Shown here piece by piece: positions 34,001 through 42,996 of a DNA stretch of 64,000 bases. Location of the stretch: assembly GCA_964530625.1 (NCBI GenBank), contig CAZHAK010000003.1, positions 35,476 through 99,475 on the forward strand, in the 5' to 3' direction. Each line of letters opens with the position of its first letter. Within the stretch, counting starts at the first letter, position 1. Made by a program: the position numbers and the translations under genes. Origin of the DNA: an uncultured Alphaproteobacteria bacterium. Its GTDB lineage: Bacteria > Electryoneota > RPQS01. The notes under the pieces are model-generated. The model was not told the origin of the DNA. It searched no databases and saw only the letters and a program-made list of their open reading frames with translations.

Positions 34001-35329
34001 ATGCCCGGGCTTCTGATAATTGACGACGATGACGGGATTCGCCGTACACTTGAGCTTCACTTGAAGGACAGCTTCAGCGAGGTTACAACGGCTGATTCAC
34101 TCGCGCACGGAAAAAGTGCGTGGACTTCGCAGAGTCCCGATATCGTCATCCTTGATTTAATGTTGCCGGACGGAACAGGCTTGCAGTTACTTCAGCAGAT
34201 GTATGAAGCGAACAGCACTGCGGTAGTGATCATGATTACCGGCCAACATGAAATGGAGTATGCAGTTGAAGCCATGAAGCACGGCGCATTCAACTACATT
34301 AATAAACCGCTTGATATTCACGAACTCAACTCAGCTCTTGATTCGGCACAACAGCAAATCAGCGCACGAAGCAGATCATATCTTTTGCCCATCGGCGGAG
34401 ATTATCGGCCCCACCGGATTGTCGGAACAAGCCGCACGATTCTTGATATTCACAAACAAATCGGACTTGCGGCGAAATCGCGTGTAAATGTTTTGATTGA
34501 AGGCGAGAGCGGAACCGGTAAAGAGCTTGTAGCACGCGCGATTCATGAGCATTCAATCGCCAACATGCCGTTCGTGGCCGTCAATTGCTCGGCCATTGTT
34601 CCCACGCTTGCAGAGTCTGAGTTGTTTGGCCATGAGCGCGGAGCATTCACCGGAGCACACGCGAAAAAAATCGGCAAACTGGAACTTGCTGGTAAAGGAA
34701 CATTGTTTCTCGATGAAATTGCTGACATGCCGATTGACCTGCAAGCCAAGTTATTACGTGTGATTCAGGAGCGATCCTTTGAGCGCGTTGGCGGTCGCGA
34801 ATCAATACGCTTTGAAGCAAGGGTTGTTTCAGCGACCAACAAGAGCTTGGACGCGCTCGTAGCGGATGAACTTTTTCGCGAGGATCTGTATTTTCGAATC
34901 AAGGTCATGGGAATTAAGATTCCTCCTTTGCGTGAGCGCATCGAGGATATTCCTGAACTTGTAGAGTATTTACTCGAGAAAATCAACCGGGATTTACATC
35001 GAAAAGTCACTCGTATCTCCGGCGACGTGTTGCGTGAGTTTCAAACCTATCGCTGGCCGGGGAATGTGCGTGAGCTTGAAAATGTTTTGACGCAAGCTGT
35101 GGTACGCACTGCCGGAGATGTTCTTTCACGAGTATCAATAAACGAGGGGAGGAATTCCGCATCTGTGGAAGCGGACGATTTGCGCTCGCTTGCTGAGGTG
35201 GAGAAGGAGCACATCATTCATGTTCTGAAACAGATTGACGGAAATCTTGGCCGAGCCTGTGAGATTCTTGGTATTACCCGACCGACCTTGCGCAAAAAAA
35301 TGGATGACTACGGGCTTCGTGAGTCTTAA
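34001..35329 (+). CDS. sigma-54-dependent response regulator (NtrC/ZraR type)
   Basis: Receiver domain (DIVILDLMLPDG), AAA+ Walker A GESGTGKE, sigma-54 contact loop GAFTGA and a C-terminal Fis-type HTH. Confidence 0.95.
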   Translation: MPGLLIIDDDDGIRRTLELHLKDSFSEVTTADSLAHGKSAWTSQSPDIVILDLMLPDGTGLQLLQQMYEANSTAVVIMITGQHEMEYAVEAMKHGAFNYINKPLDIHELNSALDSAQQQISARSRSYLLPIGGDYRPHRIVGTSRTILDIHKQIGLAAKSRVNVLIEGESGTGKELVARAIHEHSIANMPFVAVNCSAIVPTLAESELFGHERGAFTGAHAKKIGKLELAGKGTLFLDEIADMPIDLQAKLLRVIQERSFERVGGRESIRFEARVVSATNKSLDALVADELFREDLYFRIKVMGIKIPPLRERIEDIPELVEYLLEKINRDLHRKVTRISGDVLREFQTYRWPGNVRELENVLTQAVVRTAGDVLSRVSINEGRNSASVEADDLRSLAEVEKEHIIHVLKQIDGNLGRACEILGITRPTLRKKMDDYGLRES

Positions 35330-35381
35330 AGCGACGTAACTGGCTGAAAATAGCTTTCACTTTAGATTGAAAGAATCTTTC

Positions 35382-35412
35382 AAAAGGACGCCAAATCGGA
35401 GTCCTTTTTTTT
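35382..35412 (+). terminator. intrinsic terminator after the regulator gene
   Basis: aaaaggac-gccaaatcgga-gtcctttt followed by a T-run. Confidence 0.75.
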
Positions 35413-35454
35413 ATTACCTTTGTAAAAAACAGTATGATAGCGCTTTTGTAAAGC

Positions 35455-35471
35455 CTGGTCCATGTCTTGCT
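35455..35471 (+). promoter_or_regulatory. candidate sigma-54 (-24/-12) promoter of the first RND operon
   Basis: cTGGtccatgtcTTGCt. GG (35457-58) and GC (35469-70) are 12 nt apart, as in the TGGCAC-N5-TTGC consensus. It lies only about 13 nt before ATG 35484. Confidence 0.45.
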
Positions 35472-35483
35472 TTATGCTATGAC

Positions 35484-36743
35484 ATGAACGCAATTCTCTA
35501 CACCCTCATTCTCTGCGCGGCAGCCGCCAGCACTAAGGCAGATACATTGCTGGACCGCTACATTGCCGAAGCCGTGCAGAATAACCCTTCCTATGCGTCT
35601 GCGCTCGAACGTGCCGCAGCTTACGATGAACGAATTCCGCAAGCGAGCGCCTTGCCGGATCCCATGATCACTTTCAGTTTGTCCAACATTCCGGTTGACA
35701 CGTGGAAGCTCAACCAAGATCTCATGACACAAAAGGAGATTATGGTCAGCCAGAGCTTTCCGTTTCCGGGAATTCGATCTCTTAGGCGACAGCGTGCAGG
35801 TGACGAGCGGGGCGCACAAGCCGCGTTGTCTGACGATGCAAAGCTCGCTCTGATTCAGCAAGTCAGCGAGACGTATTATCGCTGGGCGGGACTGCGCGAA
35901 ACCATCTCCATCACCCGACAGACTCAAATCGTCATGACTCAAATGGCAGATGTGGCGATTGCCGCCTATAAGATCGGGAAAGGGACGCAGCAGAATATCC
36001 TGCGAGCTCAAAATGAGGTGCTGATGCTGGATGATCGGCTGCTGGAATTGACTCAGCTGGAGACCACACAGCGGAAGCGAATCCTGACTCTGCTAAATCG
36101 TGAACTTGATGACTCACTTGCCGCACCCAAGTCGCTGCCAGCCGCGAAACCGGAGTCATCGTTAGACAGCTTGAACGCCGTGCTTGAAACGAATAGTCCG
36201 CGTCTGCGAGCGATCACATTTCGACTTGAAGCCGCACAAAAAGAGCAGCGCATCGCAAGAAAGCAAAACTTTCCGATGTTTACATTGGGTGCAGGCTACA
36301 TGCGAAGTGAAAGCACTCCGGCAGGAGGGCCGCGCAGTGGTTTCGTGACCCTACAGGCCGGGACGACTCTTCCAATATTTGGTCGAAGCAAGCAACGCCC
36401 TCTTGTTAGGCAGCGGCAAATCGAAACCCGCCAAGTCGAACATGAGCGCGAGAGCTTGCTCACTCAACTGCGATTCAGAACCATGGACTTGCACGATCAG
36501 CGTGTTAGACTGACAAAACAAGAAGATATCTATTTGTCTGCTATCATTCCACAATCCAGACAGGTGTTTGACGCGGCGCTGGCCGATTATCAGAACGGCA
36601 GAGGTGACTTTGACGCGCTGGTTTTGGCGCAACGGGATCTCCTGCGAAATCAACAGATGCTGATTGACCGCCGCGCAAATTTGTTGATTGTGGATTCACA
36701 ACTTGATGAACTTGTCGGCGCACTGCCGAAAGGGGATAACTAA
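35484..36743 (+). CDS. cusC: TolC-family outer-membrane efflux protein (CusC/CzcC-like)
   Basis: Signal peptide MNAILYTLILCAAAASTKA from ATG 35484. Two-repeat OEP architecture. First gene of a C-B-A operon. Confidence 0.8.
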   Translation: MNAILYTLILCAAAASTKADTLLDRYIAEAVQNNPSYASALERAAAYDERIPQASALPDPMITFSLSNIPVDTWKLNQDLMTQKEIMVSQSFPFPGIRSLRRQRAGDERGAQAALSDDAKLALIQQVSETYYRWAGLRETISITRQTQIVMTQMADVAIAAYKIGKGTQQNILRAQNEVLMLDDRLLELTQLETTQRKRILTLLNRELDDSLAAPKSLPAAKPESSLDSLNAVLETNSPRLRAITFRLEAAQKEQRIARKQNFPMFTLGAGYMRSESTPAGGPRSGFVTLQAGTTLPIFGRSKQRPLVRQRQIETRQVEHERESLLTQLRFRTMDLHDQRVRLTKQEDIYLSAIIPQSRQVFDAALADYQNGRGDFDALVLAQRDLLRNQQMLIDRRANLLIVDSQLDELVGALPKGDN

Positions 36744-36744
36744 C

Positions 36745-38358
36745 ATGAACTCAAAGCTACTTATCATTATCCTCGCCGTGCTGCTGGCGCTTAGTTTAGG
36801 ATACAATTTTCTCGGCGGTACGTCGTCCGCGCCATCGCAGCCCTCGACGTCAAGCGGCGAAGATGAAAAACAGCTATGGACTTGCGGGATGCACCCGAAC
36901 GTTATTCTTGATCATCCCGGAATCTGCCCGATTTGTGAAATGAATCTTGTTCCGCTCAAAACGGATAAGAACAAGAAGCCGGGCGAGATTTCAATTGATC
37001 CGGTTGTATCGCAGAACATCGGCGTGCGAACTGCGTCCGTTTCCCGGCAAAATATTGGCCGAACCATTCGTACCAACGGCAAAGTGATGGTTGACGAGTC
37101 CCGCACATATACGATTAATCCAAAAATTTCAGGGTGGATCGAAAAGCTATACGTGGACAAAACTGGCCAGGAAGTGAAGCGAGGCGCGCCACTGTTTGAA
37201 ATTTACAGTCCGGAGCTTGTGGCCGCGCAGGAAGAGTACTTGCTCGCACTTTCTTCTGTCAAGACTGCCGAAATGTCCGGCGTTGAATCCCTTGAGAATA
37301 GCTCGCAAAAGATGCTTGATGCTGCGCGAGACCGACTGCGCAATTGGGATTTCAGCACAAAGCAGATTTTACAACTTGAAGAGAGCGGCAAGGCTTCGAG
37401 AGTGACAACATATTATAGCCCGGGTGACGGGATTGTGATGTATAAAAATGCCGTGGAAGGTGATCGCGTGAATGCAGGATCTGACTTGATGCAGCTTGCA
37501 AATCTAAAAGCGATTTGGGTTGAAGCGGAAGTCTATGAATACGAACTGCCGTGGCTTGAGATCGGAAGCTCTGTGAAAATTCTTTCTCCTTATGATCCAA
37601 CTGTCACAATCACTTCGCAGATTAGCTATATTTATCCGTATTTGAATTCGCAAAACCGCGCAGCAAAAGTTCGACTGCAAGTTGAAAACTCGTCACTCAC
37701 TTTCAAGCCCGGAATGTTTGTTGACCTGCATCTCGACGCGCGAACCATTGAGAACGCTGTGGTGCTTCCACGTGAAGCGGTCGTGCGCTCAGGGAAATAC
37801 AATTTGGTGTTTCTGGCGAAAGGCGAAGGAAAATTCGAACCACGCAAGGTCGAGTTAGGTCTTGAAGGAGACGGTGGGATGTTTGAGATTCGCTCTGGCG
37901 TCGAGGCGGGTGAGACAGTCGTCACGTCGGCGCAATTCCTGATTGACAGCGAACGACAACTGAAGGAAGCCCTGGAAAAATTGCTCGCGGATGGTGGAAC
38001 TGAAGAAGATTTGCACAGATCTATGGGACATGATCATTCGTCAACGAGCAAAAGCGAGAAAAAGGGTGTGACGGAAAGGAGCGAGGCACCTGGTCCAACG
38101 ATGGAGGCTGTCTTCACCAGCGACTCGCTTTATGCCTGCCCCAACCATGATCATGTGATAACCGCGGAGTCCAATACAATTTGCCCTCTGGACAAAGTGC
38201 CACTCGTGGCGATGACTTCAGAAGTCATAAGCACTTTGCGCGATTCTGAACCCTACGCCTGCGTGATGTGTCCGATTGTTCATCCCGGCTCCGAGAAAGA
38301 CGAGCGTTGCGCGATCTGCAACATGAAGTTGAAGCCGATTCCACGCGAGACTAACTGA
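36745..38358 (+). CDS. cusB: efflux RND periplasmic adaptor (CusB-like) with N- and C-terminal Cys-rich heavy-metal-binding modules
   Basis: HlyD_D23-type core. N-terminal WTCGMHPNVILDHPGICPICEMNLVP. C-terminal YACPNHDHVITAESNTICPLDKVPLV and YACVMCPIVHPGSEKDERCAICNMKLKP. Confidence 0.9.
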   Translation: MNSKLLIIILAVLLALSLGYNFLGGTSSAPSQPSTSSGEDEKQLWTCGMHPNVILDHPGICPICEMNLVPLKTDKNKKPGEISIDPVVSQNIGVRTASVSRQNIGRTIRTNGKVMVDESRTYTINPKISGWIEKLYVDKTGQEVKRGAPLFEIYSPELVAAQEEYLLALSSVKTAEMSGVESLENSSQKMLDAARDRLRNWDFSTKQILQLEESGKASRVTTYYSPGDGIVMYKNAVEGDRVNAGSDLMQLANLKAIWVEAEVYEYELPWLEIGSSVKILSPYDPTVTITSQISYIYPYLNSQNRAAKVRLQVENSSLTFKPGMFVDLHLDARTIENAVVLPREAVVRSGKYNLVFLAKGEGKFEPRKVELGLEGDGGMFEIRSGVEAGETVVTSAQFLIDSERQLKEALEKLLADGGTEEDLHRSMGHDHSSTSKSEKKGVTERSEAPGPTMEAVFTSDSLYACPNHDHVITAESNTICPLDKVPLVAMTSEVISTLRDSEPYACVMCPIVHPGSEKDERCAICNMKLKPIPRETN

Positions 38359-38368
38359 AGAATACCTC

Positions 38369-41300
38369 ATGCTTGAAAGAATTATTGACAGCTCTGTTCG
38401 GCATCGTTCCGTTGTCATCTTGATTTCGATCGCGGTCGTGGTGCTCGGCATTTACAGCATGTGGACCATCCCGGTGGACGCGATTCCTGATCTCTCTGAC
38501 GTGCAAGTGATTGTGGTCGTGGATTATCCTGGACAGGCTCCGCAGGTGGTTGAAGATCAAGTGGTGTACCCGCTCACAACGGCGCTGCTATCCGTTCCTT
38601 ATGTCAAAGACGTGCGCGGATTTTCAGGGTTCAGTGTCGGTATGGTCTATCTGATCTTTGAAGACGGCACCGACATCTATTGGGCGCGCAGCAGAGTTCT
38701 CGAGTATCTAAACACTGCACAAAAAGATTTGCCTGAGGGAGTCATTCCTCGTCTTGGCCCGGACGCAACCGGTCTTGGTTGGGTTTATGAATGGACATTG
38801 CAATCAGATAATCACGATCTCGCCGAGCTGCGTTCACTTCAAGATTGGTACATTCGCCAGGAAGTTCAGTCCGTTTCGGGCATCTCGGAAGTCGCGTCGA
38901 TTGGAGGATTCGTCAAGCAATATCAAGTGGTTGTTGATCCCGATGCCTTGGCATCGTTTGGGATCTCTATTACTGACGTTAAAATGGCGCTCAAAGAGTC
39001 AAATAATGACGTTGGTGGCCGCCTGATTGAAATGGCAGAGACGGAGTTCTTTGTTCGTGGTCTCGGCTACATTAAAGGCAAGAACGACGAAGAGCGTATT
39101 CAGCAGATAGAGAATATTCCCTTGCGCGCTGATCCGTCGGGGAGTCCTGTTCGGCTGAAACAGGTTGCTCACGTGCGGGTTGGCCCTGAATTGCGGCGAG
39201 GCATCGTTGATTGGAACGGTGAAGGCGAAGTGGTCGGCGGAATCGCCATTATGCGCTATGGTGAAAATGCGTTAGCGACGATCAGCCGTGTCAAAGCGAA
39301 ACTGAATTCGTTGAAAAAGGGATTGCCTGAAGGTGTTGAGATCGTCGAAGCGTATGACCGCTCCGCATTGATTCATCGAGCTATTGACACGTTGCGGGAG
39401 AAATTGACGGAAGAAATGATCGTCGTCGCGTTGGTTATTCTGATCTTTCTCTTGCACTTCCGCAGCTCGTTTGTCGCGATAATGGCATTGCCCGTTGGTG
39501 TGCTCGTGTCATTTATTGCGATGCGAGCGCTGGGCATAAACGCAAATATTATGTCGTTGGGAGGTATTGCGATTGCCATTGGAGTGATGGTGGATGCCTC
39601 CGTGGTGATGGTTGAGAACGCGCATAAACATTTGGAGCGATCCGACGGAAGCAAGTCGCGTATTGATCTTATTGCCGAGGCAGCGAAGGAGGTTGGTCCA
39701 GCTCTATTCTTTAGCTTATTGATCATCACAGTGAGTTTTCTCCCTATCTTCGCACTGCAATCACAGGAAGGAAGATTGTTCTCGCCGCTTGCCTATACAA
39801 AGACATTTGCGATGGCGGCGTCGGCCCTCATTTCTGTAACGATTATTCCGGCGTTGATGGTGATATTCATTCGCGGAAATATCAGATCTGAAGCAGCCAA
39901 TCCGATCAGCAGATTCTTCATCGGGCTCTATCGGCCTGTCATTCGATTTACGCTGAAGCAACCCTTTGTTATCATCATGATCTCAGTATTTATTCTGGGA
40001 ATCACGATTATTCCGTGGTCGCGCATCGGCTCTGAGTTCATGCCGCCGCTGAACGAGGGTGACTTGCTCTATATGCCGACTACGCCACCGGGAATTTCAC
40101 CGGTCAAGGCTCGGGAGTTGCTGCAGCAAACAGACAGGATTATCAAGAGTTTTCCGGAAGTCAAGCATGTCTTCGGTAAGAGCGGGCGAGCGGAAACAGC
40201 CACGGATCCCGCGCCACTCTCTATGTTTGAGACAACCATTATGCTTGAGCAAGACCATTCTAAGTGGCGGCCCGGTGTGACGATTGATTCGCTTATATTG
40301 GAGCTTGATGCAGCAGTGCAGATACCCGGTCTTACAAACGCGTGGACGATGCCGATTCGCACTCGCGTTGACATGCTCTCCACTGGTATCAAGACTCCCG
40401 TCGGTATCAAAATAATGGGCGACAATCTTGACACGCTCTCGAAAGTTGGTCAGGAGATTGAGGCCGTCATGCGCGGTGTGCCCGGCACTTCGTCTGTTTT
40501 TTCGGAACGACTGGTTGGTGGTAGATACATTGATATTGAAATAGATCGCGAGGCGGCTGCGCGATATGGACTTCGAGTCGAACATATCAATGACGTGATT
40601 GCGTCCGCATTGGGCGGCATGAATGTGATGAACACTGTGGAAGGCAATGCACGCTATCCTGTAAACGTTCGCTATCCCGATGAACGCCGCAATGACATCG
40701 AAAGTTTGAAACGTATTCTTGTAATGACTCCGCAAGGGTATCATGTGCCGCTTGGTCAGGTGACGACGATTAAGATTGCCGATGGTCCCCCGATGATCAA
40801 GACAGAGAATGCACGCAAGACGGCGTGGGTGTTCGTGGACGTACGAGACAGCGACATCGGCGGATATGTCAAGAAAGCGCAGCACATTGTCGGAGACCAC
40901 ATTACGCTGCCTGAAGGCTACAGCCTCGTATGGTCAGGTCAGTTTGAATATATGGAGCGTGTCCGTAAGAGCATGATGCTCATCATACCGCTCACGCTTC
41001 TGGTCATTTTCTTTCTTCTGTACATTCATTTCAGACGAGTGGATCAATCGCTGCTCCTGCTTGTGCCGCTTCCGTTCGCATTGGTCGGCGGGATTTGGCT
41101 GATGTATCTTCTTGATTACAATCTCTCCGTAGCTGCCGCAGTCGGCATGATCGCGATGGCGGGAATCGCCGCCGAAACGGGAGTTGTGATGGAAGTCTAC
41201 TTGCAGGAAGCCTACAATCGCTATGAACGAGAAGGACGGATGAAAACGCGCAGCGATCTGAAAGCCGCGATTATGGAAGGCGCTGTGGATCGTGTGCGTC

Positions 41301-41506
41301 CCAAGCTCATGACTGTTGCGACAACATTGATCGGTCTCCTTCCTATTATGTTCGGCAGTACAACCGGCTCTGAAATCATGAAGAGAATTGCGGCACCGAT
41401 GGTTGGAGGGCTTGTCACTTCGACACTTCACGTCCTGATTTTGATTCCGGCCATTTACTATTTCCTCCGCCGTCCGTCGGTTGCGCCGGACAGCAAACCC
41501 GATTAA
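38369..41506 (+). CDS. cusA: heavy-metal efflux RND pump, CusA-like
   Basis: 1045 aa with 12-TM RND architecture. The TM4 motif GGIAIAIGVMVDASVVMVENAHK resembles the CusA-type A-I-G...D-A...E-N signature. Confidence 0.9.
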   Translation: MLERIIDSSVRHRSVVILISIAVVVLGIYSMWTIPVDAIPDLSDVQVIVVVDYPGQAPQVVEDQVVYPLTTALLSVPYVKDVRGFSGFSVGMVYLIFEDGTDIYWARSRVLEYLNTAQKDLPEGVIPRLGPDATGLGWVYEWTLQSDNHDLAELRSLQDWYIRQEVQSVSGISEVASIGGFVKQYQVVVDPDALASFGISITDVKMALKESNNDVGGRLIEMAETEFFVRGLGYIKGKNDEERIQQIENIPLRADPSGSPVRLKQVAHVRVGPELRRGIVDWNGEGEVVGGIAIMRYGENALATISRVKAKLNSLKKGLPEGVEIVEAYDRSALIHRAIDTLREKLTEEMIVVALVILIFLLHFRSSFVAIMALPVGVLVSFIAMRALGINANIMSLGGIAIAIGVMVDASVVMVENAHKHLERSDGSKSRIDLIAEAAKEVGPALFFSLLIITVSFLPIFALQSQEGRLFSPLAYTKTFAMAASALISVTIIPALMVIFIRGNIRSEAANPISRFFIGLYRPVIRFTLKQPFVIIMISVFILGITIIPWSRIGSEFMPPLNEGDLLYMPTTPPGISPVKARELLQQTDRIIKSFPEVKHVFGKSGRAETATDPAPLSMFETTIMLEQDHSKWRPGVTIDSLILELDAAVQIPGLTNAWTMPIRTRVDMLSTGIKTPVGIKIMGDNLDTLSKVGQEIEAVMRGVPGTSSVFSERLVGGRYIDIEIDREAAARYGLRVEHINDVIASALGGMNVMNTVEGNARYPVNVRYPDERRNDIESLKRILVMTPQGYHVPLGQVTTIKIADGPPMIKTENARKTAWVFVDVRDSDIGGYVKKAQHIVGDHITLPEGYSLVWSGQFEYMERVRKSMMLIIPLTLLVIFFLLYIHFRRVDQSLLLLVPLPFALVGGIWLMYLLDYNLSVAAAVGMIAMAGIAAETGVVMEVYLQEAYNRYEREGRMKTRSDLKAAIMEGAVDRVRPKLMTVATTLIGLLPIMFGSTTGSEIMKRIAAPMVGGLVTSTLHVLILIPAIYYFLRRPSVAPDSKPD

Positions 41507-41552
41507 GTTCGAAACAGAATCCGTAATAACAAATAATCTGAAGGAAACAACT

Positions 41553-42092
41553 ATGAAGCGAACACTTTTGTTGCTGGCCAATGCGCTATTGATCGTAGGA
41601 TCTATAGCAATGGCAGACGAAACTACAGCCATGTCTGACTCAATGATGATGAAAGGGGATTATCCTATCGATGTCTGTATCGTGAGTGGCGAGAAACTCG
41701 GAAGCATGGGCGATCCGATTGTACATGACTATGAAGGACGCGAGGTTAAGTTCTGTTGCAAAAACTGTGTTGCGACATTTGAAAAAGAGCCAGCCAAGTA
41801 TCTTGAAGCGCTCGACAAGGCCATTGTTAAAAAGCAAGGCGACAACTACCCGCTCTCAACTTGCGTGGTTAGCGGCGAAAAGTTTGGCGAGATGGGCAAA
41901 GCCGTTGAGATCGTGTATGACAACGAACTTGTGCGCCTTTGCTGCAACGGGTGCAAGAAAGACTTTGCCAAGGATCCGGACAAGTATATGAAGAAGATTC
42001 ATGACGCTCGGCAAGAGCAGATGATGAAGGGTGACAAGATGATAGAGAGCGAAGCGGGCTCGCAGGACGGCCATAGCGATCATCATCACTAA
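41553..42092 (+). CDS. periplasmic protein with two YHS/TRASH-like Cys modules and a His-rich tail
   Basis: Signal peptide from ATG 41553. Duplicated block C(I/V)VSGEK(L/F)G.MG....V.Y.....(F/L)CC..C...F.K(E/D)P.KY. C-terminal GHSDHHH. Confidence 0.7.
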   Translation: MKRTLLLLANALLIVGSIAMADETTAMSDSMMMKGDYPIDVCIVSGEKLGSMGDPIVHDYEGREVKFCCKNCVATFEKEPAKYLEALDKAIVKKQGDNYPLSTCVVSGEKFGEMGKAVEIVYDNELVRLCCNGCKKDFAKDPDKYMKKIHDARQEQMMKGDKMIESEAGSQDGHSDHHH

Positions 42093-42097
42093 GGCCC

Positions 42098-42553
42098 ATG
42101 TACGACATTCCCGTCACACACCCACTGATTAATCATTTTCCTATTGCCTTTTTGCTCTTGGCAGGCGGGACGGTTCTTGTTTGGCTATTGACCGGGCGTC
42201 CGTTTTGGCGGCAGTCAACATTGTTGCTAACGGCGCTCGGTGCAGCCGCCACCGTTGCCGCAATCGTAACAGGAAATACAATGAAAGAGTTTTCGGGCGG
42301 ACGCGCAATCGTTAAACAATTAGTTGAGCGCCACAAATTCCTTGCTTACGGAAGTTTAATTACAGCTTCCATCGCTCTACTTACACTACTCGGAGTCCGG
42401 TGGTGGGCGCATCGTTCACACAACAATCAGTTCGTGGACAGCTTTAAAGTTAGACTTGTCGTTTCTGTGCTTCTGGTTATTGCAGCAATTCTTGTGGGAC
42501 TTACCGGACATCTTGGCGGCACGATGACATGGGGAGAGCTTAGTCTCAAGTAA
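42098..42553 (+). CDS. DUF2231 family membrane protein
   Basis: The N-terminus HPLINHFPIAFLL is typical of DUF2231. Four TM helices. Confidence 0.7.
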   Translation: MYDIPVTHPLINHFPIAFLLLAGGTVLVWLLTGRPFWRQSTLLLTALGAAATVAAIVTGNTMKEFSGGRAIVKQLVERHKFLAYGSLITASIALLTLLGVRWWAHRSHNNQFVDSFKVRLVVSVLLVIAAILVGLTGHLGGTMTWGELSLK

Positions 42554-42601
42554 CTCTTGTCAGGCGCACACGAAAAACATATCCCAAGCGGGAGACAAAT
42601 C

Positions 42602-42964
42602 ATGCGTAAAATACAATTCGCAATCCTTCTCGTTTTTATTCTCGTGTTAGGCGCGGCTTCTTCCTTATCGGCGACTCCGCGCTTTAGGAAGATAGCTATC
42701 CGTATACAGCTCACTAACGGCGCACCATTAATCAACGCGGAAAATGTCGTAAATAGAAATCCTGACAAAGTGATTCATCCTACAATGCTCGGTCCTACTC
42801 GTTACTCCGTGTGGAACAGCACAAAGGATTCTGAATCTGCCTTGCCAATACTCGAAGCCTCCGCTTACAATCACTCCTCCATGCGTAGCAGCCACAACTC
42901 ACTATTGGCTGCGGTCGGTATGGTCGCAGTCATGGCCGTAGTCATGGTCGTAGTGATGCGATAG
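42602..42964 (+). CDS. hypothetical secreted/anchored protein
   Basis: Signal-like [24 protein letters not shown] and a C-terminal hydrophobic Met/Val tail [18 protein letters not shown]. No recognisable family. Confidence 0.4.
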   Translation: MRKIQFAILLVFILVLGAASSLSATPRFRKIAIRIQLTNGAPLINAENVVNRNPDKVIHPTMLGPTRYSVWNSTKDSESALPILEASAYNHSSMRSSHNSLLAAVGMVAVMAVVMVVVMR

Positions 42965-42996
42965 CCTCCACCTCATCAGATAACCCATTCACAACT

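Noticed and set aside
40097-41632. Minus-strand ORFs of 267 and 232 aa inside the CusA-like gene
   Set aside because: They are shadow ORFs of a 1045-aa RND gene whose reading frame is unambiguous.
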